Assembly: GCA_963801815.1 (NCBI GenBank)
Contig: CAWDGJ010000002.1
Coordinates: 64,001 to 128,000, forward strand
Source of the DNA: an uncultured Verrucomicrobiae bacterium
GTDB taxonomy: Bacteria > Verrucomicrobiota > Verrucomicrobiia > Chthoniobacterales > UBA10450
Direction: 5' to 3'
DNA: 64,000 bases
Part shown: positions 1-9,085 of the stretch, piece by piece
How the letters are laid out: each line of letters opens with the position of its first letter
Numbering within the stretch: position 1 is the stretch's first letter
The notes under the pieces: model-generated
What the model was told of the DNA's origin: nothing
The model's database searches: none
Seen by the model: only the letters and a program-made list of their open reading frames with translations
Position numbers and translations under genes: made by a program

Positions 1-156
1 TCATCGCACTTTGTCGTCACGAAGGAAGTCTCGCGCGGCCGCACGTTTTCGAACCTGCGCGAAGTCAGCGGCAAAGCCCGCCAGGAAGAGATCGCTCGCA
101 TGCTCGGCGGCAAGAGCGACTCCGCGATGCAACTCGCCGCAACGCTACTGAAGTGA
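1..156 (+). CDS. recN: DNA repair protein RecN, C-terminal fragment (truncated by window start)
   Basis: Frame 1 translates SSHFVVTKEVSRGRTFSNLREVSGKARQEEIARMLGGKSDSAMQLAATLLK*; HxxVxK and EEIARMLGG are typical of the RecN C-terminus. Confidence 0.85.
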   Translation, partial: SSHFVVTKEVSRGRTFSNLREVSGKARQEEIARMLGGKSDSAMQLAATLLK

Positions 157-226
157 CGGGTGACCTGTGACACGTGACAAGCGGCCGCCAAGATTTTCTC
201 GTCACCCCTCACTTGTTACTTGTCAC
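153..226. repeat. Inverted pair of 7-mer arrays (4x GTGACNN ... 4x NNGTCAC-like) between convergent recN and satP
   Basis: gtgacgg gtgacct gtgacac gtgacaa (153-180) versus tcgtcac ccctcac ttgttac ttgtcac (199-226). Confidence 0.8.
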
Positions 227-230
227 TGTT

Positions 231-809
231 TTAAGTCTTCGCCGCACCGAGCGGAAGAATGACTTTGCCGTAGAGCTCGTTCAGTACCTGGGCGAGGCCG
301 GTATAGACGGCGGAGAAACCGCAGAAGACTCCTTCCCATCCCGTGAATTGCTTAAACCCGGGACTCGCACTCGTGTAATCGCCGTAGGCGAGCAGGAAAA
401 ACAAAATCGTCAGCGAACCGAACACGATTTGTCCTGCAACGTGCAACCGCAGCGTTCCGATAAACATCACCAGCGTGAACAATCCCCACATGAAAAGATA
501 CGCCGCCATCGCTTTCTCATTCGACGCGGTGGCCCAGCCGAGTTTCGTCATCAAGATCATAGTGACGAGCGATAGCCAGAAGAGTCCGTAGGAAATAAAC
601 GCTGTCGTGGCGAAGGTGTTGCCTTTTCGCCATTCCATGATTCCAGCGATGACTTGCGCAATTCCACCGTAACAAATGCCCATTGCGAGAATCATCGCGT
701 TCAGTTCGTACAAGCCGGCATTGTGCAAATTCAGGAGCACAGTCGTCAGGCCGAAACCGAGAAGACCAAGCGGAGCCGGATTACCAGTCGTGTCGCGGGT
801 GTCGTTCAT
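231..809 (-). CDS. satP: Acetate/succinate uptake transporter, GPR1/FUN34/YaaH family
   Basis: [14 protein letters not shown] signature, about 6 TM helices; start placed at MNDTRD. Confidence 0.9.
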   Translation of the reverse strand: MNDTRDTTGNPAPLGLLGFGLTTVLLNLHNAGLYELNAMILAMGICYGGIAQVIAGIMEWRKGNTFATTAFISYGLFWLSLVTMILMTKLGWATASNEKAMAAYLFMWGLFTLVMFIGTLRLHVAGQIVFGSLTILFFLLAYGDYTSASPGFKQFTGWEGVFCGFSAVYTGLAQVLNELYGKVILPLGAAKT

Positions 810-862
810 GTCGCCAGTCTGTCGAACCCAAGATCGACAATGCAATCAGAAATCTCATTTCC

Positions 863-1007
863 ACCACGAAGAACACGAAGGACACGAAGACCGAATTTGA
901 TGTGTTATCGAAGAACGGTTCGGCGGAGCCTTGGGCCACGCGCCTTTCCCGAATCTCATAGCGAAACTAGTCGTGAAATCCTTCGTGCTCTTCGTGTCCT
1001 TCGTGGT
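863..1007. repeat. Inverted repeat built from 9-bp-period CACGAAG units (MITE-like)
   Basis: ac-cacgaagaa-cacgaagga-cacgaag (863-889) and its inverse cttcgtg-ctcttcgtg-tccttcgtg-gt (981-1007), about 90 bp spacer. Confidence 0.85.
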
Positions 1008-1021
1008 TTAAGATTCACGAC

Positions 1022-2383
1022 GTGCTGAATTATATTTGGCTCGCGCTGGTGTTGCTCGCGGTCGCGATCGGCGGCTGGAATGGTCAGCTCAAGGACGCAA
1101 CCAATGGCGCGCTCGACGGTGCGAAGACGGCGGTGACAATCGCTATCGGCTTGTGGGGAATCATGGCGCTTTGGCTGGGCGTGATGCGATTGGCGGAGCG
1201 CGCAGGTTTGGTTCAGCGCATCGCCTACGGATTACGGCCGTTAATGCTGCGGCTTTTTCCCGAAGTGCCGCCCGATCATCCGGCGATGGGTTCGATGCTG
1301 ATGAACATGGCGGCGAACATGCTCGGACTCGGCAACGCGGCGACACCGCTCGGATTGCGCGCGATGCGCGATTTGGAATCGTTGAACCCGCGCCCAACGG
1401 TCGCTTCAAACGCGATGTGCACGTTTCTCGCGATCAACACAAGTTCGGTGCAATTGATTCCGGCAACGGCGATCGCAATCCTGGCTTCGGCTGGATCGAC
1501 AAGGCCAACTGTGATCGTCGGCACGGCGTTCTTCGCGACGCTGTGTGCAGCAACCGTCGCCGTGCTGTCCGCGAAATTTTTTGAGCGGTTATCGATCTTT
1601 CAGCCACGCCGGGAACGCGCAGATGGGAGGAACATTCGGCAAACGTCGCGGCGCGACGTTCCTACCGAAGGCAAAGACAAGTTCGCGTTCGACGATGATT
1701 CGCTTGGCCAGCCGCCGCTTTCCCGGCCGGCGCCATGGGGAATGGTCGCACTCGTATTGCTCGTCGTTTTCTTCCTGATGTTGTTCGCCCGAATGGTGAT
1801 GCCGGAAGTCTTTCGGCTTCCGTTGCCAGCAGATCAAACGCTGCAAAATCCGTTCGCGCGAATGGTGAACGCGCTATCGATTCTTGCGATCCCATTTTTG
1901 CTAAGCTTTTTCCCGATTTACGCCGCTGCGCGTGGGATCAAGGTTTATGACGAGTTCGTGGAAGGAGCAAAAGAAGCGTTCAACGTCATCCTGCGGATCA
2001 TTCCGTTTTTGGTGACGATGCTGGTGGCGATCGGAATGTTCAAAGGCGCAGGCGGAATCGATTTGCTCACGAAATTGCTCAGCCCAGTCCTGACCCCTTT
2101 GCATTTTCCAACCGATCTGTTGCCGCTCGCGTTGATGCGGCCGTTGAGCGGAAGCGCGACGCTCGCGCTTTTGACTGACATCGTGCATCGGCTTGGCCCG
2201 GACAATATCGTCAGCCTCACGGCAGCGACGATTTACGGCAGTACCGAAACGACCTTCTACGTGGCAGCGGTCTATTTTGGATCAGTCGGGATTAAGCAGA
2301 CGCGCCATGCGATTCCGGCCGGACTGCTGGCCGACTTAACCGGGGTTATTGCCTCGGTAATTATTTGCCGAGCCGTACTCTAA
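1022..2383 (+). CDS. SpmA/SpmB fusion (nucleoside-recognition/Gate domain membrane protein)
   Basis: MLNYIW start, ANMLGLGNAATPLG (SpmA) and RPLSGS, GSTETTFYV (SpmB) motifs. Confidence 0.85.
   Translation: MLNYIWLALVLLAVAIGGWNGQLKDATNGALDGAKTAVTIAIGLWGIMALWLGVMRLAERAGLVQRIAYGLRPLMLRLFPEVPPDHPAMGSMLMNMAANMLGLGNAATPLGLRAMRDLESLNPRPTVASNAMCTFLAINTSSVQLIPATAIAILASAGSTRPTVIVGTAFFATLCAATVAVLSAKFFERLSIFQPRRERADGRNIRQTSRRDVPTEGKDKFAFDDDSLGQPPLSRPAPWGMVALVLLVVFFLMLFARMVMPEVFRLPLPADQTLQNPFARMVNALSILAIPFLLSFFPIYAAARGIKVYDEFVEGAKEAFNVILRIIPFLVTMLVAIGMFKGAGGIDLLTKLLSPVLTPLHFPTDLLPLALMRPLSGSATLALLTDIVHRLGPDNIVSLTAATIYGSTETTFYVAAVYFGSVGIKQTRHAIPAGLLADLTGVIASVIICRAVL
1642..1665 (-). repeat. GTAG-type REP-like palindrome inside the spmA/B linker
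   Basis: AACGTCGCG-G-CGCGACGTT followed by CCTAC (GTAGG on the minus strand); encodes TSRRDVPT in frame. Confidence 0.7.
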
Positions 2384-2490
2384 GTCATTCTGAGGCAACG
2401 GGTTCTTCCGGTGACGGTTGATCTGAACCTGCGGACTGGATATCATTTTTCCTCGCCATAGGGCGACCAAATTCCTTATCGTCCAAGTTT

Positions 2491-3678
2491 TTGCAGATGA
2501 TCCAGCGCGACTATTTAGTTATTGGGACCGGCGTCGGCGGCGCCAGCGCCTGTGAAGGCGTGCGCAAACACGACAAACGCGGCTCAATCACAATCGTCGG
2601 CGCGGAAATCATGCCGACTTATCATCGTTGGATGTTGTCGAAGGATTTTTTGCGCGAGAAAACCGCGCCGTTAAAAAAACTGGGCTACTTCGACCAGCGC
2701 TGGTTCGATTCACACAAGATCGAGACACGTTTCGCGACGATCGTGAAACAATTCAACATCGAGCGCCGGCTCGCGGTGCTTGGCAACGGCGAAAGCATCG
2801 AGTTTAACAAGGCGTGTCTTGCAACGGGCAGCAGACCGGTGCGACCGGCGGTCGCGGGCGTAAATCTCGGAAACGTCATTTATTTGCGAAGTGTCCGCGA
2901 CGCCTTGGCACTGCGGGAAATGGCCGACATTGAAAAAACCGTAATGGTGATCGGCGGCGGCCTGCTGGCGTGTGAAGCGGCGGCCAGTTTGCGAATGATG
3001 AAATTGAAGGTCACCATGATGCATCGCAACGCGTATCTGCTGAACCGTTACCTCGATTCGCAAACCGGTCCGTGGTTGACGGAATATTATGCGAAGCACG
3101 GCGTGACGATGTTAATCGGCGAAAGCTTAAATGGTTTTGAAGGGAAAACGGTGTTGCGAAATATTCAGACCAAGAGCGGCAACCGCGTTCCAGCGGGATT
3201 GGCGGTCGTCTGCTGCGGCGCCGAACCAAACCTCGATCTTGTTCGCAATACGCCTCTCTCCGGCCCACACGGTTCGCCGGTCACGGAATATCTCGAGACC
3301 GAAGAGAAGGGAATTTTTGCGGTAGGCGATCTCGCGTTTTATCCGGACCGGATAATGGGCGGCGTACGCCGGCAGACGCATTGGGAGAACGCTCGCGCGC
3401 AGGGTTTGGTCGCCGGCGCGAACATGAGCGGCAAGAAACGGATTCGTTACGAACAAGCCCCGTATTTTTGGACCGAAATGTTCGATCTCCGCCTGCACTT
3501 TATCGGCGATTTCAGCATGCAGCCGACGCGGGTCGATCTTCGAGGCGCTTACGCAAAGCGAAAATTCATCGCCCGGTACTATCAGGGCGAGAAATTGCGG
3601 GCGATTCTCCTCTGCAATCAAGCCGAACGTGAAGTGGAGTCGGCCAAAAAAGAGCTGCGGCACGCGTTAGGGAAATAG
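2491..3678 (+). CDS. FAD/NAD(P)-dependent oxidoreductase (ferredoxin reductase-like)
   Basis: VIGTGVGG, LATGS, VIGGGLLACE, IFAVGD and PYFWTEMFD motifs. Confidence 0.85.
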   Translation: MQMIQRDYLVIGTGVGGASACEGVRKHDKRGSITIVGAEIMPTYHRWMLSKDFLREKTAPLKKLGYFDQRWFDSHKIETRFATIVKQFNIERRLAVLGNGESIEFNKACLATGSRPVRPAVAGVNLGNVIYLRSVRDALALREMADIEKTVMVIGGGLLACEAAASLRMMKLKVTMMHRNAYLLNRYLDSQTGPWLTEYYAKHGVTMLIGESLNGFEGKTVLRNIQTKSGNRVPAGLAVVCCGAEPNLDLVRNTPLSGPHGSPVTEYLETEEKGIFAVGDLAFYPDRIMGGVRRQTHWENARAQGLVAGANMSGKKRIRYEQAPYFWTEMFDLRLHFIGDFSMQPTRVDLRGAYAKRKFIARYYQGEKLRAILLCNQAEREVESAKKELRHALGK

Positions 3679-3843
3679 CGCGGAAATTGAGATCGATGTC
3701 CCCTCGGTCACCGGGGCATGAACCGTGCTGGTAGGCCTGTCTTGATTCATGTTAACCCTTGCTGCTTTTGGCGTGGTTGTGTGCACGATCCTCTTTTCCG
3801 TTTGGTGGGCTTATTTCGAAGAATCTGACTAGAAACAACGCGT

Positions 3844-4650
3844 ATGCTCGACCAGGAAGACTTGAAGTGGATCGTCTCGACTTCCACGGAGTTGAACTCG
3901 ATTCTGCAACAGGTTTCGCGTTATAGCGATCTCGCCCGCAGGCATCGCAGCGAACACCATTACATCGATTTACTCGGCGAACGCGTGGAATTGGCCTCCA
4001 AGACAGCACAATCTCTTTTCGACTGCGTGACGTCGAAAATCTTGGCAGGCGCCGCGAAGAAATCTGCCGCCGCCCGAAAGAGCGAGGCCGGTTTTACGAT
4101 TGTGCCTCCGCCGAAGCTGGAGGAAAAACCAGCTCGAAGCCAACGCGGCATTGAAACGAAAAACGGAAATGTCGCAAAGGAGAATAGCGACGTGGGTGCA
4201 ACCGCGGCGGCAATCAGCAGCAACGGCGTTCCGCCCGGGACCAGGCTCAAGAATCCAAACGGGAGTCGCGAATACATTTTGCTCGTCGAAGATGAGCCGG
4301 ACGTCGCGGACGTCGCTTCGGAGATGTTGGCGGAGGAAGGATACAAGGTTGTGCTTGCACACGACGGATTTGAGGCGCTCAAGATTTACGAACAAATGGG
4401 CAAACAAATCGGCCTGGTGATTCTGGATTACTTTCTGCCAGTCATCGATGGCGACGCGGTGTTCGAAGAGCTCCGTTCGATTAATCCGCAAGTGAATGTG
4501 GTATTGAGCAGTGGTTTTGCGGAACAAAGCAAGATCGGTTCGATGCTTGGTCAGGGCCTTCGCGGTTTTATTCCAAAACCCTATAGTCGCGCCAAACTCC
4601 TGGAGCAGGTCCGCTCCACATTGGACGCGGAGCGGCAAGGGCAGCGTTAA
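3844..4650 (+). CDS. Response regulator: C-terminal receiver domain, N-terminal helical region
   Basis: ILLVEDE, LVILDYFLP, LSSG and FIPKPY receiver motifs. Confidence 0.85.
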   Translation: MLDQEDLKWIVSTSTELNSILQQVSRYSDLARRHRSEHHYIDLLGERVELASKTAQSLFDCVTSKILAGAAKKSAAARKSEAGFTIVPPPKLEEKPARSQRGIETKNGNVAKENSDVGATAAAISSNGVPPGTRLKNPNGSREYILLVEDEPDVADVASEMLAEEGYKVVLAHDGFEALKIYEQMGKQIGLVILDYFLPVIDGDAVFEELRSINPQVNVVLSSGFAEQSKIGSMLGQGLRGFIPKPYSRAKLLEQVRSTLDAERQGQR

Positions 4651-4729
4651 CAGCCGAAAATTGGCGAACGCCACCGGCCGTGAATCCCCACGTCATGGCA
4701 TCAATTTAGCTTCTTGATGCTGGACGCCC

Positions 4730-5812
4730 ATGGCCCGCATTGATGCCTTCTTCAAACTGATGACGGAGCAAAAGGCTTCCGACCTTCATCTCTCGACCAA
4801 CAACCCGCCAATGCTGCGCATCAACGGCGATTTGGTCCGGGTGGACTTTCCCCCACTCAAGAATGACGAACTCAAGGCGATGGTCTACGAGATCGCGCCT
4901 GAAGGAAAGATCAAGGAGTTCGAAGAAACGCTCGACGTCGACTTCGGCTACGAGGTCCCGGACGTGATGCGATATCGCGCCAATTTCTTCCAGCAGAAGT
5001 ATGGCATCTCCGCCGTGTTCCGTTCCATTCCGTCTCAAGTTCTGACCGTCGACGACCTGGGCCTGCCACCGGTCCTGAAGAAATTCCCGATGCTGAAGAA
5101 GGGGCTCGTGCTCGTGACCGGCCCGACCGGCTCCGGCAAATCGACCACGCTGGCCGCGATGATGGATTACGCCAATCTGCAGCGACACGATCACATCATC
5201 ACGGTCGAAGATCCGATCGAATTTGTGCATCGCAGCCAGAACTGTCTCGTTCAACACCGCGAGGTCGGCATGCACACACGTTCCTTTGCCACTGCGCTGC
5301 GCGGGGCGCTGCGCGAGGATCCGGACATCATTCTGGTCGGCGAGATGCGCGATTTGGAAACGATCGAACTGGCGCTAACCGCTGCGGCCACCGGTCACCT
5401 GGTTTTTGGCACACTGCACACGTCCAGCGCGGCCAAATCGGTTGACCGCGTCATCGACGTCTTTCCCACGAGCCAGCAAAACCAAATCCGCACGACACTG
5501 GCCGAGTCGCTCAAAGGCGTGGTCGCGCAAAACCTGTTCAAGCGGATCGACAAGCCCGGCCGAGTGGCTGCGCTCGAAATTCTGGTCGTCGACACGGCCA
5601 TCGCCAACCTCGTCCGCGAAGGCAAAACTCACCAAATCCCCGGCATGATCCAGGTCGGCAAAAAGAAAGGCAACCAGCCGCTGGACGACGCCATCATGGA
5701 GCACTTGCGGCATGCCCGCATTTCTCCGGAAGAAGCTTACGACAAGTGCATCGACAAGAAAAAGTTCCGTCAGTTTCTCAAGGAACCACCAATCGACGGC
5801 ACCGAAGAATAA
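4730..5812 (+). CDS. pilT: Type IV pilus retraction ATPase PilT
   Basis: ASDLHL, GPTGSGKSTT, EDPIE, ALREDPDIILVGEMRD, GHLVFGTLHT, IANLVRE. Confidence 0.95.
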   Translation: MARIDAFFKLMTEQKASDLHLSTNNPPMLRINGDLVRVDFPPLKNDELKAMVYEIAPEGKIKEFEETLDVDFGYEVPDVMRYRANFFQQKYGISAVFRSIPSQVLTVDDLGLPPVLKKFPMLKKGLVLVTGPTGSGKSTTLAAMMDYANLQRHDHIITVEDPIEFVHRSQNCLVQHREVGMHTRSFATALRGALREDPDIILVGEMRDLETIELALTAAATGHLVFGTLHTSSAAKSVDRVIDVFPTSQQNQIRTTLAESLKGVVAQNLFKRIDKPGRVAALEILVVDTAIANLVREGKTHQIPGMIQVGKKKGNQPLDDAIMEHLRHARISPEEAYDKCIDKKKFRQFLKEPPIDGTEE

Positions 5813-5821
5813 TATCGACCT

Positions 5822-6988
5822 ATGCGAACACCTGATCTCGACAAAATTCTCTCCGCGATGCTGAAAACTTATAACGGCATCTCCGATTTCAACTTTTCCG
5901 TCGGCCATCCGTTGCAGGTGGAGGACTTCGGCGAACTGAAACCGGTGTTTGTCGATCCTCCGATTGAAGCGCTCACTCCTTATCAAACCGAACAGATCGC
6001 GCTTAGTCTCATGCAGGGAAATCGCCGCCTGATTTACGATTATCTTACCAGCGGGTCGTGCGATTGCAGCTATTCCCTCGGCGAAGAAGCCCGGTTCCGC
6101 GTCAATATTTTCCGGCAGCAGGGTCACTTTTCGATCGTACTCCGCAAACTGCAAAGCGAAGTGCCGACGCTCAAGCAATTGGGGCTGCCGGAAATCTTTT
6201 ACGAAATCGCGAAGGAAAAAACCGGCCTTGTCCTCGTCACGGGCGCGACCGGCAGCGGCAAGACTACGACCCTGGCCGCGATCCTGAATGAGATCAACGA
6301 AACGCAGCCGGTCCACGTCGTTACATTGGAAGATCCGATCGAGTTCGTTCATCCGAAAAAGAAGGCAACCTTCAATCAGCGCGAACTCGGACATGACTTC
6401 AATAATTATCCAAACGGCTTGCGCGCCGCGTTACGTCAGGCACCAAAGGTCATTCTGGTCGGCGAAATGCGCGACCGCGCGACCGTCGAGATCGCGTTGA
6501 TGGCAGCCGAGACCGGCCATTTGGTCTTGAGCACTCTGCACACGGTCGACGCCGGCCAGTCAATCAACCGTATCCTCGGTTTATTTTCGCTGGGCGAAGA
6601 ACAGCAGCTGCGGATTCGTTTGGCCGATTCACTTCGCTACATCGTCAGTCAGCGTCTCGCGCCGAAAGTCGGTGGCGGCCGACAACTTCTCACCGAGATT
6701 ATGGGCCACAATCTGCGGACCCGAGAAGCCGTCGCACTCGGCGAAGGCGAACACCGAAGCTTCTACGAAATCATCGAGGCCAGCTCGCCCTTCGGGTGGA
6801 TGACATTCGACCAATCAATTCTCCGCGCTTACGAAAACGGTTTCATCAGCGAAGAAACGGCGCAACTGTTCGCTTCGCGCAAAGGCCGCATCACCCGTGG
6901 TATCGATTTAATCCAAAAGGCGCGCGGCGTTGACAGCGACCTCGACTCCGGCCTGCGCCTCGACGTACCCGAAAACGCCTTCCGCTAA
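5822..6988 (+). CDS. Second PilT/PilU-family ATPase
   Basis: GATGSGKTTT, EDPIE, ALRQAPKVILVGEMRD, GHLVLSTLHT. Confidence 0.9.
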   Translation: MRTPDLDKILSAMLKTYNGISDFNFSVGHPLQVEDFGELKPVFVDPPIEALTPYQTEQIALSLMQGNRRLIYDYLTSGSCDCSYSLGEEARFRVNIFRQQGHFSIVLRKLQSEVPTLKQLGLPEIFYEIAKEKTGLVLVTGATGSGKTTTLAAILNEINETQPVHVVTLEDPIEFVHPKKKATFNQRELGHDFNNYPNGLRAALRQAPKVILVGEMRDRATVEIALMAAETGHLVLSTLHTVDAGQSINRILGLFSLGEEQQLRIRLADSLRYIVSQRLAPKVGGGRQLLTEIMGHNLRTREAVALGEGEHRSFYEIIEASSPFGWMTFDQSILRAYENGFISEETAQLFASRKGRITRGIDLIQKARGVDSDLDSGLRLDVPENAFR

Positions 6989-7470
6989 TGTTTATGTTTT
7001 CAGACCAGGAACAGTCCGAGCCGTCGTTCTTTGACGTCGGCGACAACACCGCGCTCGTCTGCGTCGACCATCAGCAATATCAGAAGGTCGTCGTGCCGCA
7101 GCTAATCGACATGACCTACAAGGTGCATCTCGGTCTGTTCGAAGAAGATGTGCTGCTCAAACTCAAGACCTACAACTACGACTTGGTCGTGGTTTACGAG
7201 AATTTCAAAGGCTCAACCCTGCAGACCAATCCGATCCTGGCGGAATTGTGGCGTCGACCGGACGCCCAGCGGCGCGAGCACTTTGTTGTGTTGCTCAGCC
7301 AGCGCTTGGCCACCAATGACGCCATGAGCGCGTTCGTGCACAGTGTCGATCAAATCATCAACATTACCGACCTGGCGAACTTCAAACCGGTGCTGCGTCG
7401 CGGTGTGACCCAGCATCATGAGCTTTACAATTCCTTCAACGAGATGCTCAAGAGCGTGCAGGCGCTGTGA
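6988..7470 (+). CDS. Hypothetical protein, possibly a degenerate receiver-like fold, coupled to the pilT pair
   Basis: TAATG overlap with the upstream gene; alternating beta/alpha pattern (ALVCVD, YDLVVV, FVVLLS). Confidence 0.65.
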   Translation: MFMFSDQEQSEPSFFDVGDNTALVCVDHQQYQKVVVPQLIDMTYKVHLGLFEEDVLLKLKTYNYDLVVVYENFKGSTLQTNPILAELWRRPDAQRREHFVVLLSQRLATNDAMSAFVHSVDQIINITDLANFKPVLRRGVTQHHELYNSFNEMLKSVQAL

Positions 7471-7536
7471 CGCCCCACGCCGTCGGAATCTAAGACCACT
7501 GGAAACACTTGAAGTGGCATTTTTCTGGCTTTGACC

Positions 7537-8943
7537 CTAGCCCGCATCCCGCGCGTACCAATCGACCTTACGCGTCACATACATTACGACCCCGAGCAGG
7601 ATGAACAGCGCGATCGCTCCCATGAGCAGAGCGTAATCTTGCTGTCGCAAAGTGATGTAGAGGAAGGTGTAAATACCGGCCAGACCGGCGCCGATCATTA
7701 ACGTGCGAATGCCGCCGCCCAGGAAGTATCGGCAATACCAGGTGATCAGAATTGTCGATGCCGCAGCCGCGATCAGATAGGCGAGACCGAAGCTGATGAA
7801 TTCGGAGATTGAGAGCAGAAGCAGATAAAACAAACAAAGCGCCGCGCCGACCATGAGGTATTGGAGCGGATGGATTTTTTGCCGAGCGGTCATTTCGAAG
7901 AGGAAAAACGTCGTAAAGACCAGCACGAGAAAGAGCACGCCATATTTGATCGAACGCTCGACGTAGCGATACGAATCCAAGATCGACAAGAACTGCGCGC
8001 CAAACATTGATTGCGAGACCGCTTGGGTCGTGAAGCGCTCGTTGCCTGCCTGGCTTGTCCAATGTTGCGGATAATCGCGGCCGTAATACGAAACTTTCCA
8101 TTTCGCGTCGAATCCGTCCCCGCGCACCGAACGGTCCGCCGGCAGAAACGCGCCGCGAAATCCCGGATCGGGCCAGTTCGATTTCAAATTTGTTTCGTTC
8201 TCAACACCAAACGGCGCGAAAAAGATTCCGCCACTGCCGTTCACGTCGAGCGGAATCGAAAAGTCGACCGGATCAACAATTGGCTTATCGAGAGCAAGCA
8301 CTGCGGTCGCGCCCGTTGTATAACCGGGAACTTGCGAGCCCGGCAACATCGGTCGTTTGGCTCCACTCCAATCGAGCACGAGCGCCTCGCGCGTTCCGCG
8401 AAGGTCGGTCACAGCGATCGCTAGAAGTGCGTCTTTCCATTGCACATCTTTGATGTCGATCTTGAAGTAAGCGAAATCCGGCGGCGCGAACTTACCGGCG
8501 ACAGTTACCTCTGCGCGAAACACAGCCGCGTCATAAATCCCGCGATGCAACATCTGCGTTTGCACATCCCCCGTGACATTCAGCGATTCCGGCAGGAAAT
8601 AAGCCCAAGCCAGGGCAGTCTCTTCCACCTCGCGCTTTTCAATTTTCCCTTTCTTGTCCGGAAGCTCCTTCGTCGTTTTGAAATGATACTGATACGGAAT
8701 CATGAGCACGGGTCCGATGATGTTCTGCTCCCTTCCCCACGCCGAAGTGATGTCGGCGACGGCTTCATTCCGCCGGTTCAATCGGTCGGACAACACGCCG
8801 GTGATCATTCCGAGCGGAATCAGGAGCAAGAGAATCAAAACGCCGACCCCAATCAGTTTGATGATCGTGCGGTAACGCTTTCCAAACGAAGGCTGCGATT
8901 TCGGCAGCTGCGGCGGCGCGACTGGCGGCGTTGTATCGGGCAT
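7537..8943 (-). CDS. creD: Inner membrane protein CreD
   Basis: LLLLIPL N-terminal TM, RGIY, ERSIKYG, IHPLQYLMVGAAL, LLLSISE, TRKVDWY. Confidence 0.92.
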   Translation of the reverse strand: MPDTTPPVAPPQLPKSQPSFGKRYRTIIKLIGVGVLILLLLIPLGMITGVLSDRLNRRNEAVADITSAWGREQNIIGPVLMIPYQYHFKTTKELPDKKGKIEKREVEETALAWAYFLPESLNVTGDVQTQMLHRGIYDAAVFRAEVTVAGKFAPPDFAYFKIDIKDVQWKDALLAIAVTDLRGTREALVLDWSGAKRPMLPGSQVPGYTTGATAVLALDKPIVDPVDFSIPLDVNGSGGIFFAPFGVENETNLKSNWPDPGFRGAFLPADRSVRGDGFDAKWKVSYYGRDYPQHWTSQAGNERFTTQAVSQSMFGAQFLSILDSYRYVERSIKYGVLFLVLVFTTFFLFEMTARQKIHPLQYLMVGAALCLFYLLLLSISEFISFGLAYLIAAAASTILITWYCRYFLGGGIRTLMIGAGLAGIYTFLYITLRQQDYALLMGAIALFILLGVVMYVTRKVDWYARDAG

Positions 8944-9085
8944 AAGGTAAAGGGTTCTGTGAGGATACGGACCCGAGGTGAAAATCTTTCACCCTGACGA
9001 CGGGAAAATTCTTGCGGGCGGGTCAACTTTGCTGAATCCAAAAACACTGCCTGCCGCATCTCAAGGCAAACAACCCGAGGTTCTC

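Noticed and set aside
3690..3840. Possible structured ncRNA or riboswitch upstream of the response regulator
   Set aside because: Only a short hairpin is present, with no recognisable SRP, tmRNA, 6S or riboswitch consensus.
5375..6394. Long antisense ORFs (339 aa here; also 59280..60056 and 61658..62527)
   Set aside because: These are shadow frames of conserved GC-rich genes, with no recognisable motifs.
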